DNA of 32,000 bases from an uncultured archaeon (GCA_964354495.1 CAYHAA010000007.1:30001-62000); one strand, 5' to 3'; numbered from the stretch's first letter, positions 7,396 to 16,776 are shown. The notes: generated by a model from the letters alone, not told the origin. Numbers and translations are program-made.

Positions 7396-8916
7396 CTACA
7401 ATATTCCAAGAAGTCCAGCGACGCCTTCGCCGCCCATGCCTGCAAGCTGCTCTTTCGCTATCTTCTCCCAGTACTGCTTGATGATCGATACCATCAGCAA
7501 GATACCAGTACCACTGGCCAGAGCACCCATGACATCTGCTGTCGCGGCGAGTATTCCTATCAGGAAGCCTCCAAGACCAGCGACAACTGGGATGTAGCGT
7601 TCAAGTAGCCGCTCCATGACCTTCTCACTGGTCCTGAAACCAGGGACCATGTAGCCCGAATTGAGTAACTGTCGAGAGACATCACGTGGCGCAATACCTG
7701 AGATGTCCACCCACACCTTGGAGAAGCCCCAACAGAGGAGGATCATGAGGGCGAAATAGATGACAACATGAGGCAGCCAGTCCGCCTCCGTGCTCAGGCT
7801 GAACAAGCCTTGCGGCGGTGTGATGTACCTTGCAAGACCCGAGTCTGCCATCATTCTCCCCGTTTCTGTATCCTTATGGAAGACGCCTATCCAGCTTAGG
7901 AATGGATTACTATTGTCGCTATTGAAGGCGCTCCAGATCATCTGCCCGAAGAACAGCACGTTCGCATAGAGTGCCTGTGCGAGAATGACTGGAATGTTCG
8001 ATGTGTAGAGGAGCTTGATTGGATACCGTGCCTTCATGCCCCGATACTTTGCGTATTGGAGGGGTATCTCAACACGGACAGACTCCAGCCAGATGACTGC
8101 GCCGAAGATACTGAACGTGATGATCATCGCGAAGATGCTTGGGGTATATCCGTTACGTATGAAGAGCCATCCCGCATCCACAGCAGGTCCTGCGGCTGTA
8201 CCGACTCCAAACGCTCTCAGGAGGTTCGAAAGTATTGCTGCGATGATACCGTTTGGAAGTCCGGTACCCGTTGGATTTTCTGGGTCAACTCCGGCATAGC
8301 CTGTCGGACCTACGCCCTCTACCTGTGTGAAATCAAGCATGTTCCAGAGAACCTGTCCTGCGACGTTGGTCATGATGAAGAGTGACACACCTGACCCAAG
8401 GCCCCATCCCTTCTGCACAAGCTCATCCATGAGAATCACGATGATTCCTGAGATGAAGAGTTGGAGAAACACCAGAAGCGCTGGTATTGGCTCTAGAGCG
8501 CCATATGCATTGCCTACGATGTAGGCTATAGACTGAAAGGCAGTCATGAACAATGCAATTACCTTCTGACCACCAGTGAAGAGCGCTCGGTCCTCCGTGT
8601 TTCCAAAGTCCACATTGATAATCTTGGAACCGGACAATAGTTGCATTACCAGACCTGCAGTGACAATTGGTCCTATTCCCAGCTCCATCAATGTGCCTCT
8701 AGTAGATGCGAGAATGACTCGCATTGCCCAAAGATAATCTGTCCCTACTGTCCTGTCAACGCCGTACAATGGCATGTGTGACATGATAAGGAAGATAATA
8801 AGCACAATAGCAGTCCAAACAATCTTTTCTCGGAAAGAGACCTTTCTGTCAGGCACCTTCACTTCAGGCAATATCCTGACGAATGGGGAAAGAGCTTTGA
8901 GAAATGTGCTAGGCAT
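7396..8916 (-). CDS. secY: Protein translocase subunit SecY/Sec61alpha
   Basis: LPEVKVPDRKVSFREKIVWT, GTLMELGIGPIVTAGLVMQLL, GLGSGVSLFI, YPIKLLYTSNIPVIL, GTGILLMV. Confidence 0.98.
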   Translation of the reverse strand: MPSTFLKALSPFVRILPEVKVPDRKVSFREKIVWTAIVLIIFLIMSHMPLYGVDRTVGTDYLWAMRVILASTRGTLMELGIGPIVTAGLVMQLLSGSKIINVDFGNTEDRALFTGGQKVIALFMTAFQSIAYIVGNAYGALEPIPALLVFLQLFISGIIVILMDELVQKGWGLGSGVSLFIMTNVAGQVLWNMLDFTQVEGVGPTGYAGVDPENPTGTGLPNGIIAAILSNLLRAFGVGTAAGPAVDAGWLFIRNGYTPSIFAMIITFSIFGAVIWLESVRVEIPLQYAKYRGMKARYPIKLLYTSNIPVILAQALYANVLFFGQMIWSAFNSDNSNPFLSWIGVFHKDTETGRMMADSGLARYITPPQGLFSLSTEADWLPHVVIYFALMILLCWGFSKVWVDISGIAPRDVSRQLLNSGYMVPGFRTSEKVMERLLERYIPVVAGLGGFLIGILAATADVMGALASGTGILLMVSIIKQYWEKIAKEQLAGMGGEGVAGLLGIL

Positions 8917-8953
8917 TCACACCTTGACTCCTGCAGGTACTTTTCGGCTCCAG

Positions 8954-8961
8954 CTGGCCTA
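8954..8961 (-). promoter_or_regulatory. Candidate TATA box upstream of secY
   Basis: TTTAAAGG 38 nt upstream of the secY ATG, within a 187-nt intergenic gap. Confidence 0.45.
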
Positions 8962-9103
8962 TACCTTTAAACATATTGCTTGTTTTGAATCCGTACTACT
9001 TCTGAAGTAACCCGACATCTTGTACAACAGCACCACCAATGCATATCCACTGTCTGCTAGGTAGTTGCGGGATGTACGATGTTCTTGGATGTAAGGATGG
9101 TAA

Positions 9104-9571
9104 TCAAGCGGTTTTCTTACTCTCTTCCTCTGGAAGGTCGAGGGTTCCACCGGCAGCTGTAAGCTTGCTTCTGGCTCCAGGTGTGATTGACTTCACTCCT
9201 GTGAGGTCTAACTTTCGGTTGACCTTTCCGGAGCCGAGAATCCGGTCAATGCCAAGCTTGGACACATCAATATTGTATCTCTTTCCTGCCATTGTAGCGA
9301 CATTTCTGGCAACCAATCTATCAGCAGCATCATCAATCTCGCCAATATTCATGACTGATAGGTTCTCAAGCAGCTTCTGCGGTCTCTTGAATCCCCACTT
9401 ACCGAAGTAGTGTGGATTGTCCTGCAGTCTCTTCTGATAATGATGCTTATGTGAGCCGGCCATACCTATGCCGCCTCTCTGTCCAGCAGCCCTATGTCCT
9501 TTGGTATGTCCATAGCCTTGTGATCTAAGGCCTCTCATCTTGTTGACTCTCTTTTCTGTTCTCTTTTGCAT
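9104..9571 (-). CDS. rpl15: 50S ribosomal protein uL15
   Basis: KMRGLRSQGYG...HRAAGQRGGIGMAG.HKHH, FGKWGF, ILGSGKV, KLTAAGG. Confidence 0.95.
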   Translation of the reverse strand: MQKRTEKRVNKMRGLRSQGYGHTKGHRAAGQRGGIGMAGSHKHHYQKRLQDNPHYFGKWGFKRPQKLLENLSVMNIGEIDDAADRLVARNVATMAGKRYNIDVSKLGIDRILGSGKVNRKLDLTGVKSITPGARSKLTAAGGTLDLPEEESKKTA

Positions 9572-9587
9572 GGCTGCAATCTCCTTT

Positions 9588-10127
9588 CTATATCTTCTTC
9601 AATCGTACTTCTAGCACGCCATTTCGTATTGCTGATTTCGCCTCGTCTTTCTTCACCTTTGAAGGTAGTTTAATGACCTTATGATAAGGCCTCTCTGGAT
9701 TCTCTGCGTGGATTGTCAGTTCGGTTCCCTTGATCCGGACCTTGATCTCGTCTCTCTCCACTCCAGGCACCTCTGCGACAACGATAATCTCGCCATCTTC
9801 CTCTACAACATCTACTAGGGGTTCAAGAGTATGAGTTTCTCCTTCTTCGCCTGGTGTGCTACCAAATCGCTGTATCATGGGCTTTCCGTCTGGGCCACGA
9901 TTCATGGAGAAACCAAACAGGAACGGACTTGTTCCCTCTTGGTTCTTGAGCATCTCCTCGAAGTTTTCGGGTTTCATGAATGCACCTTGGTTCATCTCTG
10001 ACATCATGCCTTCCATCATCTCTTCGATTTGCCGAAGCATCTCTTCTGGAATGAAATCGCCAAACCAGCGGCGTATCCTTCTTTTTGCTTCATCATCATC
10101 ATTATCATGATCGTTGTCCCAAGACAT
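9588..10127 (-). CDS. hsp20: Archaeal small heat-shock protein Hsp20
   Basis: PFLFGFSMNRGPDGKPMIQRFG, EPLVDVVEEDGEIIVVAEVPGVERDEIKV, AIRNGVLEVRLKK (alpha-crystallin domain). Confidence 0.93.
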   Translation of the reverse strand: MSWDNDHDNDDDEAKRRIRRWFGDFIPEEMLRQIEEMMEGMMSEMNQGAFMKPENFEEMLKNQEGTSPFLFGFSMNRGPDGKPMIQRFGSTPGEEGETHTLEPLVDVVEEDGEIIVVAEVPGVERDEIKVRIKGTELTIHAENPERPYHKVIKLPSKVKKDEAKSAIRNGVLEVRLKKI

Positions 10128-10137
10128 ATGTTATCCC

Positions 10138-10620
10138 TCAGATCATACGTAGTGCGAGTTCGCTTATACCTTCGCCACGGTCACCAGTGATGCCACCCAT
10201 GCCAATTGGCAGGTACTTTGTTCCTCTGAATCCCTTTGTCGGCGGTGTGAGTCGAAAAACAGGCTTCAGACCCTCGACATCAGTGACCGAGGCAGTCCCT
10301 GATGCGATGGCCTTTGCAAAGGCCTTCACACTGCTGTGGCTCGAGTTCTTCTTCACATAAGCGTCAGTCAGATGTGCATTGCCTGGAAGTCGTCCTCTCT
10401 TTGCGAGGAGCTTCTCAATCACCTCCTCAGATGGCACTCCCCAAGTAATGAAGTCCTTGGCCTTTATGATCATACCTTGCATGCTTGGTGTAGTCTTGAT
10501 GATTCTTGCCTGGTGTACACGTCCAAGAAGCAGCTTGTCAAGAGTGTCTTCTATTTGAGGTCGAACTCTTGGTATACCTCTGACCCGAATTGCTAGGATG
10601 ACTTTCTCGTCTTTGCTCAT
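10138..10620 (-). CDS. rpl30: 50S ribosomal protein uL30 (long archaeal form)
   Basis: LAIRVRG, KAKDFITWG, KPVFRLTPPTKGF, GDRGEGISELALRMI. Confidence 0.96.
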   Translation of the reverse strand: MSKDEKVILAIRVRGIPRVRPQIEDTLDKLLLGRVHQARIIKTTPSMQGMIIKAKDFITWGVPSEEVIEKLLAKRGRLPGNAHLTDAYVKKNSSHSSVKAFAKAIASGTASVTDVEGLKPVFRLTPPTKGFRGTKYLPIGMGGITGDRGEGISELALRMI

Positions 10621-11294
10621 TGCTCAGTCGCCCCCGATGAAACCCACTCCTGTGGTGGTAGCATCTTGTAAGTCTGCAGGAGTGCATCAACGAATGCCTT
10701 AGCGAAATTGGATGATGTCCGCGAGCGTCCCTTGGATATGGACCACACATCGTTAAGGCCAGCAATTCGCAGCACAATCTTGCCAACATCAGCAGTCACA
10801 AGTCCTGTTCCTTTTGGCGCTGGCCTAAGTGTGACGCTCACAGACCCTGATGTTCCATGCACTTCGAACGGAATACTATGAGGATCATGACATCTGCATT
10901 CCCAAGACCCACATCCTCTTCGAAACTTTGTGATATTGAGTTTAGCTCGTGACTCAGCTGCACGGACGGCAGGGACAAATTCGGGAGCTTTTCCCACTCC
11001 GATTCCAAGCACACCCTCGCCATTTCCGACAATGACGGTAATTCTGAAGCTCTTCTGCTGTCCACTGTCAGACTGGCGTTGTACCATACTGACATCGACA
11101 ACTTCCTGCCTTAGTTCTGGGAAGAGCGCATCTACAATCTCGGGTTCCCTTATTCTGTAGTTATTCTCCAGGATCTCCTCTATACCGTTTATGTGGCCAT
11201 CTTTGACAAGCCTTCCAAGCTTCGTCTTTGGAATCCACTCATCCAGTGGGTTAATTTCTGCTCGGGGTGCCCTTCTTCTTTGTTGTTTACTCAT
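10617..11294 (-). CDS. rps5: 30S ribosomal protein uS5
   Basis: WIPKTKLGRLV, REPEIVD, GCGSWEC.C..PHSIPF, LRPAPKGTGLV. Start is ATG 11294 (GTG 11297 possible). Confidence 0.97.
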   Translation of the reverse strand: MSKQQRRRAPRAEINPLDEWIPKTKLGRLVKDGHINGIEEILENNYRIREPEIVDALFPELRQEVVDVSMVQRQSDSGQQKSFRITVIVGNGEGVLGIGVGKAPEFVPAVRAAESRAKLNITKFRRGCGSWECRCHDPHSIPFEVHGTSGSVSVTLRPAPKGTGLVTADVGKIVLRIAGLNDVWSISKGRSRTSSNFAKAFVDALLQTYKMLPPQEWVSSGATEQ

Positions 11295-11307
11295 CACCAA
11301 TCATCCC

Positions 11308-12078
11308 CTATGTTGTTGCTTCCTTCTTCGCCTTCTTGCCCTTGCCTCTGGCAAGCAACTTCTTGGCCTTGGGTTTCCTTGGTACTGCCCGCTGAGGTCT
11401 GACGGAAGGTACTTCCTTCTTTGCTTTCTTCGCTGGTTTTTCAGCAGCCGCCTTTGCCTTTGCGGGAGTCTTCTTTGTCTTCTTCTTCTTCAGTTCAGCT
11501 GCTGGAATCGCCTGAAGCGCCTTCTTTACAGTCTCTACCTGCTTTGGTATTGCTGTGATGGCTGTCTTCTTCTTGCCCACACTAATGTACATCAGTGTGC
11601 CATCTACTCCACTGAAGTGTTCATACCCGGCAACAATATGCTCTCCTGAGATTCTTGAATCATTTGGGAGAATATCTGGGCTGTGCGGTATGTCAAGGCC
11701 AGCATCAAGAGCTCCCTTGAGTGCGGCGTAGATTCTTGAGCCCTTTGTAGGAGGGTTGAGTCCGATATCTAGCACTGCTTCATTGACTCCTCGGCTCTTC
11801 GCTCTCAAGCCTGCCAGAAGTCCTGTCAAATAGGCTGCAGGTATATTGGCTGCTCCTGCTGTCCAACCATGGTCCGAGAGTTCCTTTGCAGACGCTGATG
11901 CTACAGTCATATCTCCTCCAACATTGGCATTGATGATTTGGACTATCATGTCTGCGTTGGTCTTTCTTACAACGAGTCTTGCTCGTCGTGATTGTAGTAG
12001 ACTGCGGCGGCGGTAATAATTTGTTTTGCCTTCTCGTCGACGACGGAACTTCACTCGATACATGGGTCCCTGTGGCAT
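11308..12078 (-). CDS. rpl18: 50S ribosomal protein uL18 with a long basic C-terminal tail
   Basis: YRVKFRRRREGKTNY, RLVVRKTN, AAYLTGLLAG, AVLDIGL, GALDAGLDIPH. Confidence 0.96.
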   Translation of the reverse strand: MPQGPMYRVKFRRRREGKTNYYRRRSLLQSRRARLVVRKTNADMIVQIINANVGGDMTVASASAKELSDHGWTAGAANIPAAYLTGLLAGLRAKSRGVNEAVLDIGLNPPTKGSRIYAALKGALDAGLDIPHSPDILPNDSRISGEHIVAGYEHFSGVDGTLMYISVGKKKTAITAIPKQVETVKKALQAIPAAELKKKKTKKTPAKAKAAAEKPAKKAKKEVPSVRPQRAVPRKPKAKKLLARGKGKKAKKEATT

Positions 12079-12530
12079 TACTTGGACACCTCCAGTTTAC
12101 GCTCTGAAATATACGTTCTAATGTGTGCCGTATTCCGGAATGCATTACCCTTAGCCAATAGGTATAGGTCTCTGTAGGTCCTGCTGGTAATCTTCTTATT
12201 ATCACGAAGCTTGCGTAGTTCTTTTCGCATTGGGCGTATTCTGATCATCCAACGGTCCTTGCCGGTCAGCTTTGCATTGGCCTTGCCTTTCTTCGTGCCA
12301 GGCCCCTTTCTATGGCCCTTTCGCTTCTGTTCGATGACATAACGAGCTCGACCCCGGCTCACACCGGTCGCTGCCCTCCTCTGAATTGCCCTCTCGTCTA
12401 TTAGACGCTTGATGTCTTCTCGAGTGATCGCTAGACTGACTTCATCTTCAAATGTTGGGTCAATCCATACTCTCGAAGTTCCGACTTTCAGAACTTCAGC
12501 AGCTAGTCTCTTTTGAGTGGAGAGTTTCAT
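12078..12530 (-). CDS. rpl19e: 50S ribosomal protein eL19
   Basis: LSTQKRLAAEVLKVGTSRVWIDP, AITREDIKRLI, YRDLYLLAKG. Confidence 0.97.
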   Translation of the reverse strand: MKLSTQKRLAAEVLKVGTSRVWIDPTFEDEVSLAITREDIKRLIDERAIQRRAATGVSRGRARYVIEQKRKGHRKGPGTKKGKANAKLTGKDRWMIRIRPMRKELRKLRDNKKITSRTYRDLYLLAKGNAFRNTAHIRTYISERKLEVSK

Positions 12531-13435
12531 GATTTTTCCTCCTCCAAGTCTAGGTCAGTGAAGAGGTCTTCTTCACCAACCTCTTCAGTGGTGCCTGGAT
12601 TAAGTACCCGAAGTAGCTTCGCATCTGCCGCCGAGAGTATCTCCTGACGCTTTCTTCCTCCTACTGTTCCAGCAATGCGTATTGCATGGATGTCAGGATT
12701 AAGACTCTCTAGGTCCGATGGTCTGAAGACTGGAATCTCGATGAACAGAGATGGATGTAGATTCCGAGTGACCCTGGGCGTTCTGTATCCTGATCTCACC
12801 ATGGCAATTCGTCCATGCTTCTTCTGTCTGGTATAACTGTCGATTCCACGTACTTTGCGCCATCTCCTAGCAACACGAGCCCAGCGGTGTGCATTCTCGT
12901 GATGAAACGGAGGCATACGCATCTTCTTGTTCCGTGCGATTCTCACAAGCCGTTGGTCTACATTCTTGAACCTGAGCGGAACTTCGTGCTTCTCTTTCTT
13001 TTCTTTCTTTACAGCTCTGACCTTTGGCTTGACCTTTGTAGTCTTTGGCTTCTTCGAAGGTTTTGGTTTCTCTGTGGTGACCTCTCCCTTCTTCTCTGAG
13101 ACCTTCTTTGCTGCAGTCTTCTTCGGTGCCTCTTTCTTCGCCTCGACTTTCTCTTTAGACTCCTTCTTCACAGCAGCCTTTTTCTTAGGCACCTCTTCCT
13201 TGGCCTCAGCCTTCTTGGGTTTCACTTCCTTCGTTGGAGCACTCTGAAGGACTTCTTGAGCTGCGGCAATCAGTGTCTGTGCACGGCTCACGCTAAGCCC
13301 ATCTACCTTCTCACCAAGCTTGTCTGCGTTAGCCCGTGATAGACTGAGTACTGTCTTTATTCCAGCCTCTCTGAGCTTCTCCTCAATCTTTGGGCCTAAT
13401 CCGGGCAGGTCTTTTAATTCTGGCTTCTTTGACAT
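12527..13435 (-). CDS. rpl32e: 50S ribosomal protein eL32 with an N-terminal helix-hairpin-helix domain and Lys-rich linker
   Basis: C-terminal eL32 core RWRKVRGIDS..RQKK, GYRTP, LHPS, IAGTVGGRKR; N-terminal LKDLPGLGPKIEEKL HhH motif. Confidence 0.93.
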   Translation of the reverse strand: MSKKPELKDLPGLGPKIEEKLREAGIKTVLSLSRANADKLGEKVDGLSVSRAQTLIAAAQEVLQSAPTKEVKPKKAEAKEEVPKKKAAVKKESKEKVEAKKEAPKKTAAKKVSEKKGEVTTEKPKPSKKPKTTKVKPKVRAVKKEKKEKHEVPLRFKNVDQRLVRIARNKKMRMPPFHHENAHRWARVARRWRKVRGIDSYTRQKKHGRIAMVRSGYRTPRVTRNLHPSLFIEIPVFRPSDLESLNPDIHAIRIAGTVGGRKRQEILSAADAKLLRVLNPGTTEEVGEEDLFTDLDLEEEKS

Positions 13436-13446
13436 TCTGTTGCCTC

Positions 13447-14016
13447 CTATACTATGGACTTCACTACCTCACCCTTTGTCTTCCTAATCACATAGACTCC
13501 ATCCATGAAGACACGTCGGTCCTTGTCGCGGATTCTGCAGGCTTGCTGGATATTTGCGGCACTCTGTGCCACCTGTTCGATGTCTATGCCACTAACGAAG
13601 ATATCATCCTCTGTGGTTCGTATCTTAGCGTCTCCAACAACTCGAGCCTTTCTAATTCCTCGTTCACCGAGGAAGTTCTTGATGAGGACGTCCTTGTCTC
13701 GAATTTCAACGTTGATAGGAAAGTGACTGTAGACTATCTTCATCTGATACTCATAGCCCAGGCGTACTCCGAGCATCATGTTCCGAACGTGCGCTATTAC
13801 CATTCCGACCAGAGCTCTACTTCGTTTTCTGCTGATGCCTGTACCCACATACACCTCACTTCCTTGGATTTTGATCGTTGTCTGTGGTTCAGGAAAAGAA
13901 CGTTTGAGTGTGCCTTTGGGACCCTTTACAGTGACTGTTTTGTCTTCCAAGGAAACCTGACAGTCACTGGGAATCTCAATCGTCTGATGATATACCAACT
14001 CTAACTCTTTTGACAT
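13447..14016 (-). CDS. rpl6: 50S ribosomal protein uL6
   Basis: VTVKGPKGTLKR, YSHFPINV, NFLGER, DRRVFMDGVY. Confidence 0.97.
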   Translation of the reverse strand: MSKELELVYHQTIEIPSDCQVSLEDKTVTVKGPKGTLKRSFPEPQTTIKIQGSEVYVGTGISRKRSRALVGMVIAHVRNMMLGVRLGYEYQMKIVYSHFPINVEIRDKDVLIKNFLGERGIRKARVVGDAKIRTTEDDIFVSGIDIEQVAQSAANIQQACRIRDKDRRVFMDGVYVIRKTKGEVVKSIV

Positions 14017-14029
14017 TTGCCAGATCTCC

Positions 14030-14422
14030 TTAGTACACGTATGCTAGTAGTCTCCCGCCAATTCCGCGGTCCTTTGCGTCCTGATGAGTCATCACGCCTG
14101 CTGGTGTTGTGACAATCAGGATACCATAATTGTATGCAGGAAGGAATTGCTTCTCGTATTTCTCAAAACCATCCCGCGCGACTGGATATCTCGGTTTTAT
14201 CACGCCACACTTGTTTGTACGACCCATGAGTTGGATGCGCAGTCTGCCTGCCATTCCATCATCGATTCGTTCAAACTCTCCGATGTAACCCTTGGACTGC
14301 ATTACTTGCAGCACTTTTTCGATCAGTTGTGATGCTGGAGCAACGACCACTTCGGACTTGCCTACCGATTCACTATTGTGTATGTTTGACATTGCATCAG
14401 CCAATGGGTCTAGTAGTGTCAT
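14030..14422 (-). CDS. rps8: 30S ribosomal protein uS8
   Basis: [49 protein letters not shown]. Confidence 0.98.
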   Translation of the reverse strand: MTLLDPLADAMSNIHNSESVGKSEVVVAPASQLIEKVLQVMQSKGYIGEFERIDDGMAGRLRIQLMGRTNKCGVIKPRYPVARDGFEKYEKQFLPAYNYGILIVTTPAGVMTHQDAKDRGIGGRLLAYVY

Positions 14423-14439
14423 TCTCTCTTAGACCTCCT

Positions 14440-14610
14440 TCAGTTATATTTACGGAACCCGAGGTTCTCTGCCTTCTCTCTAAAACAGCGCCGGCACATG
14501 TACAGACCATAGGAACGGATGATTGCCTGATGTGTTCCGCAACGGACGCATATTCTGCTGCCCTTGCCCATCTTCTTTCTCTGTCGTGTCCGCTCTTTCT
14601 TTGTACTCAT
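14440..14610 (-). CDS. rps14: 30S ribosomal protein uS14 (Zn-binding; missed by the ORF track)
   Basis: Hand translation: [56 protein letters not shown] (56 aa; CxxC...CRRCFRE). Confidence 0.97.
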   Translation of the reverse strand: MSTKKERTRQRKKMGKGSRICVRCGTHQAIIRSYGLYMCRRCFREKAENLGFRKYN

Positions 14611-14621
14611 TATTGATCACC

Positions 14622-15197
14622 TCAGAACAGGTATGTCCGTTCTCGCTCTTTCTCAAGAATCTCGATACCGAATTTACTCTTTACAAACACCATGCTCTCC
14701 TCTGGAGTCATACGATGTCTATAGGGTACCTTTGCCTTCTGTCTGCGTCTTCGCTTTATTCTGTAACCAGGTCGCTCAACACAGACTGTGATATTCATTC
14801 CCTGAACCCCTAGAGTGGGGTCGTACTTCACATCGGGGATGTCGATATGTTCACCTATCCCGAATGCGAAGTTGCCGTCCTCGTCCCAGTTCTTCAATAG
14901 AAGAACGTTATCTTTGGCTTTCATAGCCCTTCGTAGGAACTCTTCAGCACGGCCGTGTCTAAGAGTGACTCTGACAGCTATCGGGTCCTTCTTGCGAATA
15001 CCAAAGTCACGTATTGTCTGACGTGCCTTAGACTGAGCTGGTGTCTGACCTGTGAGCCGCTCAAGTATCGTGTTGGCTCTATTGAGTTCCTCGCCTCCGC
15101 TAGTGCAGATGTCTACCACAACCTTCGAAACGAAGGGTTCCCGCATTGGGTACGCCCTCCAGTTCTCAGTATAGACTTTCTCGTTCTCGATGCTCAT
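14622..15197 (-). CDS. rpl5: 50S ribosomal protein uL5
   Basis: PMREPFVSKVVV, LTGQTP, TIRDFGIRK, GNFAFGIGEHID, YDPTLGVQGM. Confidence 0.97.
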   Translation of the reverse strand: MSIENEKVYTENWRAYPMREPFVSKVVVDICTSGGEELNRANTILERLTGQTPAQSKARQTIRDFGIRKKDPIAVRVTLRHGRAEEFLRRAMKAKDNVLLLKNWDEDGNFAFGIGEHIDIPDVKYDPTLGVQGMNITVCVERPGYRIKRRRRQKAKVPYRHRMTPEESMVFVKSKFGIEILEKERERTYLF

Positions 15198-15949
15198 TCA
15201 GAACTTCCTCCCTCAATCTGAAGATTCACTTCTGACTTGTTCTTACCGACCACAAACACATATTCTAGGGCTGTCTGGAATCTGTTGCCTGCTGGATCCT
15301 CCAAGGTCACAGTGCTTGCGTGAGTGCCATGCCTCTTTTCGACTGCAAAGACTTTACCCTGAATCCCAATGTTCTTCCCTCGTGAGACTACTGCTTGAAC
15401 TCCCTTCTCAAGAGGTATTGATGTCAAGAGTTTCTGGTCAGGTACTGATATTTTGAGAGTATCAAGATTGCTGTACTTTGAGGACTTCTCATTCCCAGCA
15501 AGTAGTAATGTGCGGCCGTCGTGAAGACCCAACTGTACCTTTCCGCCTCTATTCATCAGCTTCCTCTCGATCCTGCAGAGCTTGAACTTGGCCTCTGACT
15601 CATCGATGTTGACCAGACGCAGTCCCCCGCCTATCTTAGGAAGCACCCTGAAGCGCTGCCCAGAGGATGTGATCTCAATGATGTCCATCAATCCCACTGG
15701 TAACCGAGCATCCTTTCTGATTTGCCCATCCACCTTTATCTGACCTGTCGTTAGGATTGCTCTTATCTCACGCATGTTCTCTGCATAGCCGAGTATCTCC
15801 CTCAGGATCAATGCGAGCGTCAGGCAATGATCACGTGCATGTGGTCCTGGAATCACGCGTGTTGTGAACTTGACCTCCTTCCTTGGCATTGGCCAGTACT
15901 TTGGCGCTGGCAGGCGTTTCAAGTGTTTTTTCTGACCTCTTCTTGTCAT
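15194..15949 (-). CDS. rps4e: 30S ribosomal protein eS4
   Basis: KHLKRLPAPKYW, PGPH, IKVDGQIRKD...PVGLMD, KLCRI, QLGLHDGRTL. Confidence 0.98.
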   Translation of the reverse strand: MTRRGQKKHLKRLPAPKYWPMPRKEVKFTTRVIPGPHARDHCLTLALILREILGYAENMREIRAILTTGQIKVDGQIRKDARLPVGLMDIIEITSSGQRFRVLPKIGGGLRLVNIDESEAKFKLCRIERKLMNRGGKVQLGLHDGRTLLLAGNEKSSKYSNLDTLKISVPDQKLLTSIPLEKGVQAVVSRGKNIGIQGKVFAVEKRHGTHASTVTLEDPAGNRFQTALEYVFVVGKNKSEVNLQIEGGSSE

Positions 15950-16339
15950 TCACTCTTCACTCTCCGGGGTCTTCATCATTTTGCTTTCGATGAGCTTCTT
16001 TCTCTCGTCATCCAACTCCAGCTTCACAAGCATGAGATTCGAAGGGTGGACTGGTGCGTTCGCCTCTTTGCCGTCCGACTTCGTGACGGTAGCGCTGTCC
16101 AAATGGATACGGACATTCTTATGGTCCACTCTGATGACTTTGCCTTCTGTGTCCCGGAATTGTCCTCTCATTATCTTCGCAAGGTCTCCCTTCTTTACGG
16201 GAAGGGATCTGAGACCATACTCCTCCTGCAAGAACTCGTCAAGTCTGCACCTGAGCAGATCTCTGCGCGCATGCATGGGGCTCTGTTCTACTTGCCTTCG
16301 CTGTTTCCGGGGCGATCTTGAACTGGTTTTCTTCACCAT
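15950..16339 (-). CDS. rpl24: 50S ribosomal protein uL24
   Basis: SPRKQRR, YGLRSLPVKKGD..KIMRG, PVHPSNLMLVKL. True start is ATG 16339; the track's extension overlaps rpl14. Confidence 0.96.
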   Translation of the reverse strand: MVKKTSSRSPRKQRRQVEQSPMHARRDLLRCRLDEFLQEEYGLRSLPVKKGDLAKIMRGQFRDTEGKVIRVDHKNVRIHLDSATVTKSDGKEANAPVHPSNLMLVKLELDDERKKLIESKMMKTPESEE

Positions 16340-16350
16340 TTGACTCAACC

Positions 16351-16773
16351 TCACACTATCTTTGACGCTATCGCAGCGACACGAGGCCACTTCAGAGTGA
16401 CCTCTCTGGCCATGGGCCCTCTCAACTCTGAGCCTTGAGGTTCTCCACCGGGTTTTACCAGAACAGCCGCATTATCCTCAAACTGCATCCAGGTGCCATC
16501 TGACCTCCTGAATGGCTTTCTTTGCCTGATCACTACAGCCTGCAGCACCTGCTTTCTCAGTTCCTGCTTTCCCTTGAGGACCGAAACGTTCACTATGTCT
16601 CCGATTCCTGCCTTGCCAACCTTTCTCAGTTTGCCCTTGTAGCCGAAGACGGTGATCAGCTGAAGTTCCTTAGCTCCCGAGTTATCCGCGCATACTAGTG
16701 AGGCACCAAGCGGAAGTCCTCTAGCTATCCTCGGCATGAATTTCCTGATTCCTCTTGCCAGCTTTCTTGACAC
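16351..16773 (-). CDS. rpl14: 50S ribosomal protein uL14
   Basis: CADNSGAKEL, AGIGD, AVVIRQRKPFRRSDG, FEDNAAV, GPMAREV. Confidence 0.98.
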   Translation of the reverse strand: MSRKLARGIRKFMPRIARGLPLGASLVCADNSGAKELQLITVFGYKGKLRKVGKAGIGDIVNVSVLKGKQELRKQVLQAVVIRQRKPFRRSDGTWMQFEDNAAVLVKPGGEPQGSELRGPMAREVTLKWPRVAAIASKIV

Positions 16774-16776
16774 GGA

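Noticed and set aside
13020-13230. Repetitive ttc/ctt tracts as a DNA repeat element
   Set aside because: Explained by Lys/Glu low complexity in the eL32 linker.
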